Source: a virus. Taken from it: a stretch of DNA of 64,000 nt. Positions 7,446 to 15,250 of the stretch are shown piece by piece. The notes under the pieces are model-generated. The model worked only from the letters and a program-made list of their open reading frames with translations. It was not told where the DNA came from and ran no database searches. Every line of letters begins with the position of its first letter. Positions within the stretch are counted from its first letter, which is position 1. Made by a program: the position numbers and the translations under genes. Location of the stretch: positions 1 to 64,000 of IMG/VR virus record IMGVR_UViG_3300046787_000130. One strand, written 5' to 3'.

Positions 7446-8002
7446 TGAATATCTTTTACCTTCACCATGACCCAGAACAGGCTGCGCAGTTCCACTGTGA
7501 CAAGCATGTTGTCAAGATGATTCTAGAGAGTGCTCAGTTGCTCTCCACGGCTCATCGTGTGCTTGACGGGGTCATGGTGCAAGGTAAGAGTGTTTCTGGT
7601 CTTAGAAATGTTAAGCGTTGGAGACTTGATAATGAGTTTGATTCTGTCTACTATTCCGCAAGTCATGTCAACCACCCATCTGCTGTTTGGGTACGGACTT
7701 CCAGCGAGCATTACAGTTGGCTCCATGATTTGTTCAAATATCTTCTAATCGAGTACACATTCAGGTACGGCAAGATTCACAAGTGCGAAGGGTTGCTGGA
7801 ACCACTCCGGCGGTTTCCCTCCAACCAACCTTATGCTCCATTCGTTGAGCCGCCACAATGCATGCCTGATGATTGCAAGAACATTCTCTCAAGCGTTATA
7901 GCATACCGCAATTATTACAAGATTCATAAGGCGAGTTTTGCTAAGTGGTCTGTGCGACCTACACCGTCCTGGTGGGACGCGAATTATCTGAAGGCTGCGT
8001 GA
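7445..8002 (+). CDS. pyrimidine-dimer DNA glycosylase (DenV)-related family protein
   Basis: MNIFYL...HCDKHVVKMILESAQLLSTAH...HVNHPSAVW...EYTFRYGKIH...PQCMPD. Confidence 0.75.
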   Translation: MNIFYLHHDPEQAAQFHCDKHVVKMILESAQLLSTAHRVLDGVMVQGKSVSGLRNVKRWRLDNEFDSVYYSASHVNHPSAVWVRTSSEHYSWLHDLFKYLLIEYTFRYGKIHKCEGLLEPLRRFPSNQPYAPFVEPPQCMPDDCKNILSSVIAYRNYYKIHKASFAKWSVRPTPSWWDANYLKAA

Positions 8003-8014
8003 GCAGCCTTTTTT
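7991..8014 (+). terminator. rho-independent terminator
   Basis: AAGGCTGC-GTGA-GCAGCCTT followed by T run. Confidence 0.85.
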
Positions 8015-8016
8015 AT

Positions 8017-8024
8017 TATAAATA
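8017..8024 (+). promoter_or_regulatory. T4-type late promoter
   Basis: Exact TATAAATA just after a terminator. Confidence 0.85.
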
Positions 8025-8029
8025 AGGAA

Positions 8030-8629
8030 ATGGAAACATTCAAGTCATTCATACTAGAGCAATCTGCTCCACACTTGTTTATCTGGGATATAGATGAAAC
8101 TCTATTCCAGACCAAAGCCCGTATTCATGTTGTTAAGAATGGAAAGCGCATCAAGAGTCTTTCAAATACTGAATACAACACATACAAGTTCAAAAATGGC
8201 GAGCAGCCTGATTTTAGCGAATTTCGCAGTGCAGATATCTTTCATGATACCAGCGTTCCAATCATGCCAGTAATGCGTATTGCCGCTAAGTTGCTACAAT
8301 CAACTCTAAACAATCCAGGCTCCAAAATGATTGTTGTCACGGCTCGTGGCGACTTTGATGACAAGCAACTCTTCCTCAAGACATTTGAAAAGTACGGTTT
8401 GGATATGAAGAATGTCTATGTTGAGCGTTCAGGCAAACTGAATCTGCCAACTGCTGAGGGCAAGCGAGTTACTATTAAAAAGTACCTAGATAAAGGCGGG
8501 TACAAATTTGCTACCCTGTTTGATGATGCAGACGTCAACCTGCAGATGTTTAAGGGACTATCAAAAGAATACCCTGACATCAAATTTACGGCTTACAAAG
8601 CCCATCATGGTACTCTAACAAAGGTGTGA
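8030..8629 (+). CDS. HAD-superfamily phosphatase with putative capsid-targeting N-terminus
   Basis: WDIDETL (DxDxT), VTARG, K, FDD motifs; N-term METFKSFILE. Confidence 0.8.
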   Translation: METFKSFILEQSAPHLFIWDIDETLFQTKARIHVVKNGKRIKSLSNTEYNTYKFKNGEQPDFSEFRSADIFHDTSVPIMPVMRIAAKLLQSTLNNPGSKMIVVTARGDFDDKQLFLKTFEKYGLDMKNVYVERSGKLNLPTAEGKRVTIKKYLDKGGYKFATLFDDADVNLQMFKGLSKEYPDIKFTAYKAHHGTLTKV

Positions 8630-8630
8630 T

Positions 8631-8975
8631 ATGCCGAGTTATAATTTTCGTAATACTGAAACTGGTGAAGTGACTGAGGAATGGATGTCTATTTCGCAAA
8701 GGGAGGAATTCCTGAAAGCAAATAAGAATCTTGAGCCATACATTGACTCTCCTGCTGTTTTTTCCTATAGTACCATAGGAGATTCTCTTGGCGCAAGAAC
8801 CGATAATACATGGAAGGAGGTAATGTCTAAGATTGCTGAAGCCCATCCTGTTAGTGAACTCGCAAAACGCCATAGCACAAACAAATCAATCAAGCGCATT
8901 CAATCTGAACAGGCACTTGCGAAGTACCGCACCAAACAGGCTCAACTACAAAAAGACAAACAACAGAAACGGTGA
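8631..8975 (+). CDS. conserved T4-like protein upstream of phoH (FmdB-like N-terminus without Cys)
   Basis: MPSYNFRNTETGE...WKEVMSKIAEAHP; typical phoH neighbour. Confidence 0.7.
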   Translation: MPSYNFRNTETGEVTEEWMSISQREEFLKANKNLEPYIDSPAVFSYSTIGDSLGARTDNTWKEVMSKIAEAHPVSELAKRHSTNKSIKRIQSEQALAKYRTKQAQLQKDKQQKR

Positions 8976-8978
8976 CAC

Positions 8979-9737
8979 GTGTCTACTAAAAGAAAAACCG
9001 CTAACTCATCACAAAACATAGAATCAACCGTCATTGTAGAGGAAAAGAAACTCTCTCGTCTTAAGCCTTCAGAACTTCAATTATTTGAACCCCTAACAGA
9101 AAATCAAGGTAAATTTTTCGATGCTTATGCCCGTGGTGATTATTTCATTATGCTTACTGGTTCAGCTGGTACTGGCAAATCTTTTATTGCATGCTACAAA
9201 GCCATCCAAGAAGTATACGACAAGACTAGTTCTTTTAAGCGGGTTGTTATTGTACGCTCTGCTGTTCAGTCTCGTGACGTGGGTTTTACTCCTGGCTCTC
9301 TAGAAGACAAGATGAGCCTGTATGAGCAACCTTATATGCAAATCTATCATACATTGTTCAATCGCAGAGATGCCTATGAAGCCCTAAAAGAATCCGGCAA
9401 GATTGAATTTGTTTCCACCAGTTTCATTCGTGGCTGTACATTTGACGATTCAATTGTAATCGTAGATGAATGTCAGAACATGAACTGGGAAGAACTCTCC
9501 ACCATCATCACTCGCGTTGGTAATCGTTCCAAGATTATCTTCTGTGGGGACTACAAGCAATCTGACTTGTACAGAAAGAAGGGTGATATGTCTGGTCTGA
9601 ACAAGTTTCACAATGTTGCCAAGACCATGCCATCCTTCACTAATGTAGAATTCAGTACAGATGACATTGTCCGTAGCAGTCTTGTAAAGGATTTCTTGAT
9701 TGCTGTAGAGAAGTATGAATTGTCGAACAATACTTGA
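8979..9737 (+). CDS. phoH: PhoH-family ATPase
   Basis: GSAGTGKS, SFIRG, IVDECQN, GDYKQSD, DIVRS. Confidence 0.95.
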   Translation: MSTKRKTANSSQNIESTVIVEEKKLSRLKPSELQLFEPLTENQGKFFDAYARGDYFIMLTGSAGTGKSFIACYKAIQEVYDKTSSFKRVVIVRSAVQSRDVGFTPGSLEDKMSLYEQPYMQIYHTLFNRRDAYEALKESGKIEFVSTSFIRGCTFDDSIVIVDECQNMNWEELSTIITRVGNRSKIIFCGDYKQSDLYRKKGDMSGLNKFHNVAKTMPSFTNVEFSTDDIVRSSLVKDFLIAVEKYELSNNT

Positions 9738-9762
9738 CTTTACAGCTGTACCCCAGTATAAT
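9734..9762 (+). promoter_or_regulatory. sigma70-type promoter
   Basis: TTGACT-N17-TATAAT. Confidence 0.85.
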
Positions 9763-9795
9763 AAGTATGTCGGCTTTGAAATAAAGGTATATTAA

Positions 9796-10494
9796 GTGTT
9801 ACTAGAAGAAGTTAAGTTTAATCACATCAGTCATTCTCTCCCTACTCTGGTCAGGGAACAGTCTGATGGTACTCGTTACTATGTTACAGAGGATGGTAAG
9901 AAGTACCCATCTGTCACTACTGTACTAGCCGACTATGGCAAGGAAGGTATCATGGCTTGGCGTAAGCGGGTTGGTGAAGAGAAAGCCAATCAGATTTCTC
10001 GTCAGGCTACTACTCGCGGTACTTCTGTGCACAAACTGGTTGAGAATTACCTAAGTAATAAGCCTGTTTATGAGAATGAAGAGGTCATGCCAACTGCTAA
10101 GTCTGTGTTTGTTGCCATGAAGAAGACTCTAGATAAGATAAATAATATTCACTGTCTGGAGTCTTTTTTGTTCTCTCATGAACTAGGGTTGGCTGGACAG
10201 GTAGACTGTATTGCCGAGTTTGATGGGGTTCTTTCTGTCATTGACTTTAAGACTTCCAAGCGTATGAAGAAGAAGGCTGACATTGCTAACTACTTCATGC
10301 AGACTTCAGCCTATGCTCAGATGTTTGAAGAGCGTACTGGGTTGAAGATTGAACAGTCTGTTATTATTATTGGAGGGGATTTTGCGCCATTTCCCCAAGT
10401 GATGAAAGAGAATCCAATGACGCATCGCGAAGAATTAATTTCATACATCAAGGCGTATAAGGAGAAACAATGGAATACGTTATCGCAGGTTTAA
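9796..10494 (+). CDS. PD-(D/E)XK exonuclease of T4-like phages
   Basis: YPSVTTVL, RGTSVH, AGQVDCIAE, IDFKTS, QTSAYA. Confidence 0.9.
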   Translation: MLLEEVKFNHISHSLPTLVREQSDGTRYYVTEDGKKYPSVTTVLADYGKEGIMAWRKRVGEEKANQISRQATTRGTSVHKLVENYLSNKPVYENEEVMPTAKSVFVAMKKTLDKINNIHCLESFLFSHELGLAGQVDCIAEFDGVLSVIDFKTSKRMKKKADIANYFMQTSAYAQMFEERTGLKIEQSVIIIGGDFAPFPQVMKENPMTHREELISYIKAYKEKQWNTLSQV

Positions 10495-10628
10495 TCGCTC
10501 TAGTCTTTGTCGGCTTTATTGCTTGGCGAGTCTATTGGAACAAGAAGAATGCACCAGCATACCCACGTCTAGAGAAAGACACTAGTGGCGGCAATGCTAG
10601 TGGAAACGGCGACATCAACGTTCGTTAA
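10470..10628 (+). CDS. small single-pass membrane protein, absent from ORF track
   Basis: AAGGAG RBS; MEYVIAGLIALVFVGFIAWRVYWNKK. Confidence 0.7.
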   Translation: MEYVIAGLIALVFVGFIAWRVYWNKKNAPAYPRLEKDTSGGNASGNGDINVR

Positions 10629-10636
10629 GGCATAAT

Positions 10637-11014
10637 ATGAAAAACATTTTAATTATCTGTACTGCAATTGCTCTATTGTTTTCCGGTAGCGCATTAGCAG
10701 ACCGTCGTCACGGTGAACACCACCGTCGCGACAATCATCATGAAAGGGATAATCGCAGCCATCGTGGTGCTTGGATTGCTGGTGCTGCTGTTGTTGGCGG
10801 ATTGATTGGATACGCTATCGCAGATAGCAAGTCCCCTCAAGAACGTCGTAGCAACATTAAGGCATATTGCGAGAATCGTGTTCCTGAACGATACGCACAC
10901 AGCAAGCGTTTGACTACTCAGTGGGTCAAGGGTTGCATGCTCCGTGTTGAGGAAGAACTTGACGCGAAGGCAGAAGAAGCGTATAATGAGGGATATAGCA
11001 GTGGACATCCGTGA
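10637..11014 (+). CDS. secreted/periplasmic protein
   Basis: Signal peptide ending ALA, His/Arg-rich stretch, hydrophobic GAAVVGGLIG segment. Confidence 0.7.
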   Translation: MKNILIICTAIALLFSGSALADRRHGEHHRRDNHHERDNRSHRGAWIAGAAVVGGLIGYAIADSKSPQERRSNIKAYCENRVPERYAHSKRLTTQWVKGCMLRVEEELDAKAEEAYNEGYSSGHP

Positions 11015-11246
11015 AACTTTAAAGTCTATTCCCGTTGATAAGGCATTTCACTTTATTGGCGGTTGGGCACTTGTTGCTACATTGTATCCATACTTCCCAG
11101 TATTCTCTTTCATTGCAGTAATTGCGGTTGCTGCTTGGAAGGAATGGGATGATGGCAATGGTCACGGAACCCGAGACTTTTGGGATTTCCTAGTGACTGT
11201 TGGCGGTGGTGCTGGTGCAGCACTAGTGCATACAATTTTGAATTAA
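11001..11246 (+). CDS. small membrane protein (DKxxH...KEWD...D.WD motif)
   Basis: GTG start after GAGGGA; three hydrophobic segments. Confidence 0.7.
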   Translation: MDIRETLKSIPVDKAFHFIGGWALVATLYPYFPVFSFIAVIAVAAWKEWDDGNGHGTRDFWDFLVTVGGGAGAALVHTILN

Positions 11247-11541
11247 TGGTAGTAAACCTTTAACTAAAGGCATCTTGGACGGGGGTGCGATTCCCCCCAT
11301 CTCCACCAAACAACAGAACCCCCAACGCCTCTCATCGATGCGCACCATGGGGGTCACTTTGGGGATGACCAGTTTCGACAGGGTGAGTAATAACCTAGAG
11401 GCTACCAGTGAGGCGACTGACTTAATCAGCGCAAAAAAAGTAAATGCAAACGATAGCAATTACGAAATGAGAATCGCCGCCTAATAACGGTATGACTCTC
11501 GGGGTGTTTGGCGGTTTGACCTGGCAACAGAATCAAACCGC
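11247..11541 (+). ncRNA. ssrA: circularly permuted (two-piece) tmRNA
   Basis: Acceptor piece ending GGGGG-TGCGATT-CCCCC-CATCTCC-ACCA (to 11308), 52-nt spacer, coding piece starting GGGGATG at 11361 with G3-U70 pair, tag ORF 11446-11484 ANDSNYEMRIAA. Confidence 0.93.
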
Positions 11542-11548
11542 TACTTTT
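11511..11548 (+). terminator. terminal hairpin/terminator of tmRNA coding piece
   Basis: GCGGTTTGA...TCAAACCGC stem followed by TACTTTT. Confidence 0.65.
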
Positions 11549-11566
11549 CAACTACAGAGAGAAAGA

Positions 11567-11776
11567 ATGGATAATCAAAAGTTAGTAGCATACGCGCAGG
11601 TTGGATTGAGCGCACTATTCATTATTGGTTATTTCACTATTCTCATGATGTTCCTTACTGGGAATGTTTCTGTTTCCTTAGAGTGGAAAGACACCATTGC
11701 TGCATTGTTTGGTGTCGTTACTGCGGGCGTTGGAGTCATTCTAGCATACTGGTTCGCTAGACAACGCCCTGCCTAA
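11567..11776 (+). CDS. two-TM membrane protein, holin-like
   Basis: Two hydrophobic helices, ends ILAYWFAR; true start likely ATG 11567 since upstream is tmRNA. Confidence 0.6.
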   Translation: MDNQKLVAYAQVGLSALFIIGYFTILMMFLTGNVSVSLEWKDTIAALFGVVTAGVGVILAYWFARQRPA

Positions 11777-11788
11777 CTGAGGTATATT

Positions 11789-12382
11789 ATGAAGTCTGTT
11801 GCGTTAAACGCACTTGATATGGTGCGTATGTGTGTCTTTTTGTTTATTTTTTCAGGCATGTTATTCTTTGCCAATGAGTTGTACCAAGCCAAGGTTCGAT
11901 ATGATAACCTTGAATATGAATTGTACAACAATCAAAAATCAGCCGATGAAATCATTCATGACTTGCGCAAGAAGTTGTCTCATGTTGATTTTGTGCGTAC
12001 AGAAACTGAATGCCTAGCCAAGAACATTTACTTTGAAGCAAATACAGAATCAGTAGAAGGTAAGTTGGCTGTTGCCACTGTAACTATGAATCGGGTTCAA
12101 AGTCGCATCTTCCCTCGTACTGTTTGCGGAGTTGTTCTTGATAGAAGTAGCAGAGGTTGTCAATTCTCTTGGGTATGTGATGGCAAGACTGATATCGTGC
12201 GTGACCGGCGCGGATATTTTGAATCGGTAAAAATTGCCGAAGAAGTTTTGCTTTCCAACAAACGTTCGCGTATAATAACCTCTGATGTTCTCTATTACCA
12301 TGCTGACTATGTTGAGCCAACGTGGGCTAAGACTATGAAGTTGTTTACAAAAATTGGTGCTCACCTATTCTATAGGAAATAA
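11789..12382 (+). CDS. cell wall hydrolase, SleB/Hydrolase_2 family
   Basis: CLAKNIYFEA, AVATVTMNRV, CQFSWVCDG, YYHADYV, IGAHLFY; N-terminal TM. Confidence 0.92.
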   Translation: MKSVALNALDMVRMCVFLFIFSGMLFFANELYQAKVRYDNLEYELYNNQKSADEIIHDLRKKLSHVDFVRTETECLAKNIYFEANTESVEGKLAVATVTMNRVQSRIFPRTVCGVVLDRSSRGCQFSWVCDGKTDIVRDRRGYFESVKIAEEVLLSNKRSRIITSDVLYYHADYVEPTWAKTMKLFTKIGAHLFYRK

Positions 12383-12385
12383 ATT

Positions 12386-13411
12386 ATGACCTCAAAATTC
12401 TACAGTAATCAAGAAATGCTAGACTACTCTGACGTGCTAATTGTACCATGCGCAGGAGATGTTTCTAGTCGCAGTGAAGTTGACTTGACAACTGGCGCAG
12501 GAGTGGTTCCAATCATTGCTGCTAACATGGATGGTGTTGGTACATTTGAAATGGCACGGGCACTTGCTAAGCATAAGATGCTAACTGCTCTTGTCAAGCA
12601 CTATAGCCTTGAGGAACTGATTGAATTCTTTAAGGAAGATGATTCCCGATTTGCTTTCTATAGCATGGGCATTAGCAATGAAGATATTGCCAAGTATCAT
12701 GATTTTATTGATGCTGTAAATGCAGAGCAAACCAATGTTCCTTTTGGCGTTTGTATTGACGTTGCTAATGGCTATACTGAAAACTTCCTAGACAAACTTG
12801 ACCAAATCGTTGATATCTGCCCCAGTATGTTCTACATGGCAGGTAATGTTGTCACCCCAGAACAAGTTTATGCTCTATCTCAAAAGGGCATCGACATCAT
12901 CAAGGTTGGTATTGGTCCTGGTTCTGTTTGCACTACTCGCAAGATGACTGGTGTAGGCTTTCCTCAGTTCTCTGCGGTTCTTGATTGTGCAAAGACTGGC
13001 ATTGGTACTTGCGCTGATGGCGGTATCACTTGCGCTGGTGATGTTGCTAAGGGATTTGGCGCTGGTGCATCATATGTTATGATTGGTGGTATGTTTGCTG
13101 GTCATGAGGAAGGATTGCCGTCTGAGCATAAAGATAAGGTTGAATACATGAGCAATGTTCCTTTCTATGGGATGGCGTCAAAAGCCGCTCAAGAATTGCA
13201 CAATGGCGGTGTTGCTGACTATCGTGCATCTGAGGGTAAGGAAGTCATTCTCAAGTACAAGGGTCCAGTTGAAAAGACTGTGCAAGAAATTCTTGGTGGT
13301 CTGCGGTCTGCTTGTACATATGTTGGCGCAAGAAATTTGTATGAATTGGCAGAGAATTCGCAGTTCATTCGCGTCAACCGTCAACTCAATAACGTATTTG
13401 GAGTTAGTTAA
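12386..13411 (+). CDS. guaC: GMP reductase
   Basis: IAANMDGVGTF, IDVANGY, KVGIGPGSVCTTR, FYGMAS, YRASEGK, LGGLRSACTYVGA. Confidence 0.95.
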   Translation: MTSKFYSNQEMLDYSDVLIVPCAGDVSSRSEVDLTTGAGVVPIIAANMDGVGTFEMARALAKHKMLTALVKHYSLEELIEFFKEDDSRFAFYSMGISNEDIAKYHDFIDAVNAEQTNVPFGVCIDVANGYTENFLDKLDQIVDICPSMFYMAGNVVTPEQVYALSQKGIDIIKVGIGPGSVCTTRKMTGVGFPQFSAVLDCAKTGIGTCADGGITCAGDVAKGFGAGASYVMIGGMFAGHEEGLPSEHKDKVEYMSNVPFYGMASKAAQELHNGGVADYRASEGKEVILKYKGPVEKTVQEILGGLRSACTYVGARNLYELAENSQFIRVNRQLNNVFGVS

Positions 13412-13632
13412 TGGCTACAGCAGATGAGAAGAACAGGTTCTCTCAAGACATTATTGAGATATCCACTACCAAGCGCATTCTATGCTTAGAAGCAATCACT
13501 AGTTATTGTGAAGATAACAACCTAGAGATTGAAGTTGCTGCTACGTTAATCAACAGCGTTCTCAAAGCAAAATTGGAGGAAGAGGCGCAGGAACTACGGT
13601 ATCTGCCAAGGTCTGCGCGATTGCCAATATGA
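13411..13632 (+). CDS. 33: late promoter transcription coactivator gp33
   Basis: EAITSYCEDNNLEIE...LKAKLEEEAQELRYL...LPI; synteny 33-59-32. Confidence 0.9.
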   Translation: MATADEKNRFSQDIIEISTTKRILCLEAITSYCEDNNLEIEVAATLINSVLKAKLEEEAQELRYLPRSARLPI

Positions 13633-14240
13633 ATGGTTATGATGTGTATAGCATCTACCAAGCCATTAAGTTACACTTTACCAGTAAAGATTACAACTTC
13701 TTTACTTACAATGGTAAGACTAGGGTTTCAGTAGATGCTTTTCAAAAGCGAAAAGACAAGTACAACTTTCACAAACTTGCTCGTAAGTACTCAGAGACTG
13801 AGATTGTTCCTTTCTTTGTAGCAAACTTTGCTTACAATGATTCGCAATGGTCAAAGAGTCTACTACAAGATGATGCTGAGGAATTGTACGCAACCTGGAA
13901 GAAGATTACTGAATCAATGTCATACAACTTTATCAGTGATATCAAGTTGCTGATGGAGAACCGTACTGGCAAAGAGTTCAATGATTTGTTCAAGGTTACA
14001 AACGGGGAATACCCTGCACTTTTAACCAAAGTGATGCAGAAAGAAGTCTCACTAGAAACCCTAGTGATTCTTGACAAACTGTTCAACGTAATTGCTAAGT
14101 GGGACAAGCAGATTGAAGATACCTTCATCTACCCCAAACTGTCAATGAAGATTAAAAAGTACGGGGCATTTCTCAATGTTGATACTGCGAAATATAAATC
14201 GCAACTAAAGAGTTTACTCTTCACTACGGAAGATATATAA
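13629..14240 (+). CDS. 59: helicase loader gp59
   Basis: YQAIKLHFT..YNFF.YNGK, KRKDKYNFHKL, SLETLVILD. Confidence 0.92.
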   Translation: MNGYDVYSIYQAIKLHFTSKDYNFFTYNGKTRVSVDAFQKRKDKYNFHKLARKYSETEIVPFFVANFAYNDSQWSKSLLQDDAEELYATWKKITESMSYNFISDIKLLMENRTGKEFNDLFKVTNGEYPALLTKVMQKEVSLETLVILDKLFNVIAKWDKQIEDTFIYPKLSMKIKKYGAFLNVDTAKYKSQLKSLLFTTEDI

Positions 14241-14241
14241 T
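14213..14241 (+). promoter_or_regulatory. sigma70-type promoter for gene 32
   Basis: TTTACT-N17-TATAAT. Confidence 0.65.
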
Positions 14242-14306
14242 ACTATGGTGATGAGTAAGTGGACAAACAAAATACAATCTATACTACAATACAAGGATAT
14301 ACTACA

Positions 14307-15218
14307 ATGAACCTATCGTCCCTAAAGAAGAATAATTCCTTCGACAAGTTGAAGAAGGCTGTTGCCTCTACCGCATCTGGTGGTGGCGAAAAGAAGAGTT
14401 ACACCGATGACCGTGTATGGCAACCTGAAGTCGATAAGGCTGGTAATGGTTATGCCGTCATCCGTTTCCTAGACTCCCCCTCAGTTGATGGTGAAGATGG
14501 ACTGCCGTTTGTTCAGGTTTGGTCGCATGCTTTCCAGGGTCCAGGTGGTTGGTACATCGAGAACAGCCTCACCACTCTTGGTAAGAATGACCCTGTTTCT
14601 GAGTACAACACTCAACTCTGGAATAGCGGCGTTGAAGCAAACAAGGAAATTGCCCGTAAGCAGAAGCGCAAGTTGACTTACGTTGCTAACATCCTTGTTG
14701 TCTCTGACGCAAAGCATCCGGAGAATGAAGGCAAGGTCTTCCTGTTTAAGTTTGGCAAGAAGATTTTCGACAAGATTAACGAAAAGTTGAATCCCCAGTT
14801 TGAGGATGAGAAGCCTGTTAATCCGTTCGATTTCTGGAAGGGTGCTAACTTCAAGTTGAAGATTCGTAATGTTGAAGGCTATCGTAACTACGACAAGTCT
14901 GAGTTTGATGTTCAGTCTGCTCTGCTTGACGGTGATGATGCTGCGATTGAAAAGGTTTGGAAGTCGGCTTATTCCCTAAAGGAATTTGTCAGTGCCGATA
15001 ACTTTAAGACCTACGATGAACTCAAGACAAAACTGAATCGCGTTCTTGGTGCTGGCGGCACTGCTGCCGCTGTTGCCCCCAAGATTGATGATGAGGAATT
15101 GCCTTGGAATGAGCCAAAGGCTGCTGCGCCAAAGTCTCCTGCCAAGAAGGCTACCGCTGAGGATATCAGCGTTGAAGATGACGATATGTCATTCTTTGAG
15201 CAACTTGCTGGCGAGTAA
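14307..15218 (+). CDS. 32: single-stranded DNA-binding protein gp32
   Basis: DKAGNGYAVIRFL, WYIENSLTT, GKVFLFKFGKKIFDK, NPFDFWKGANFKLK, acidic tail; AAGGA RBS before ATG 14307. Confidence 0.97.
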   Translation: MNLSSLKKNNSFDKLKKAVASTASGGGEKKSYTDDRVWQPEVDKAGNGYAVIRFLDSPSVDGEDGLPFVQVWSHAFQGPGGWYIENSLTTLGKNDPVSEYNTQLWNSGVEANKEIARKQKRKLTYVANILVVSDAKHPENEGKVFLFKFGKKIFDKINEKLNPQFEDEKPVNPFDFWKGANFKLKIRNVEGYRNYDKSEFDVQSALLDGDDAAIEKVWKSAYSLKEFVSADNFKTYDELKTKLNRVLGAGGTAAAVAPKIDDEELPWNEPKAAAPKSPAKKATAEDISVEDDDMSFFEQLAGE

Positions 15219-15221
15219 ACT

Positions 15222-15250
15222 GAGGGGGCTGAAAAGCCCCCTCTTTTTTT
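15222..15250 (+). terminator. rho-independent terminator between convergent genes
   Basis: GAGGGGGCT-GAAA-AGCCCCCTC then T7. Confidence 0.9.

Noticed and set aside
9796-10494. Cas4/CRISPR adaptation role for the exonuclease
   Set aside because: No Fe-S cysteine cluster pattern, array or other cas genes; ordinary phoH-linked exonuclease
11281-11308. Stand-alone tRNA-Ala
   Set aside because: No anticodon arm or upstream 5' half; the 5' half lies downstream, as in permuted tmRNA
11275-11484. 69-aa ORF in the ORF track
   Set aside because: It runs through the tmRNA structure; only the last 12 codons are the tag frame
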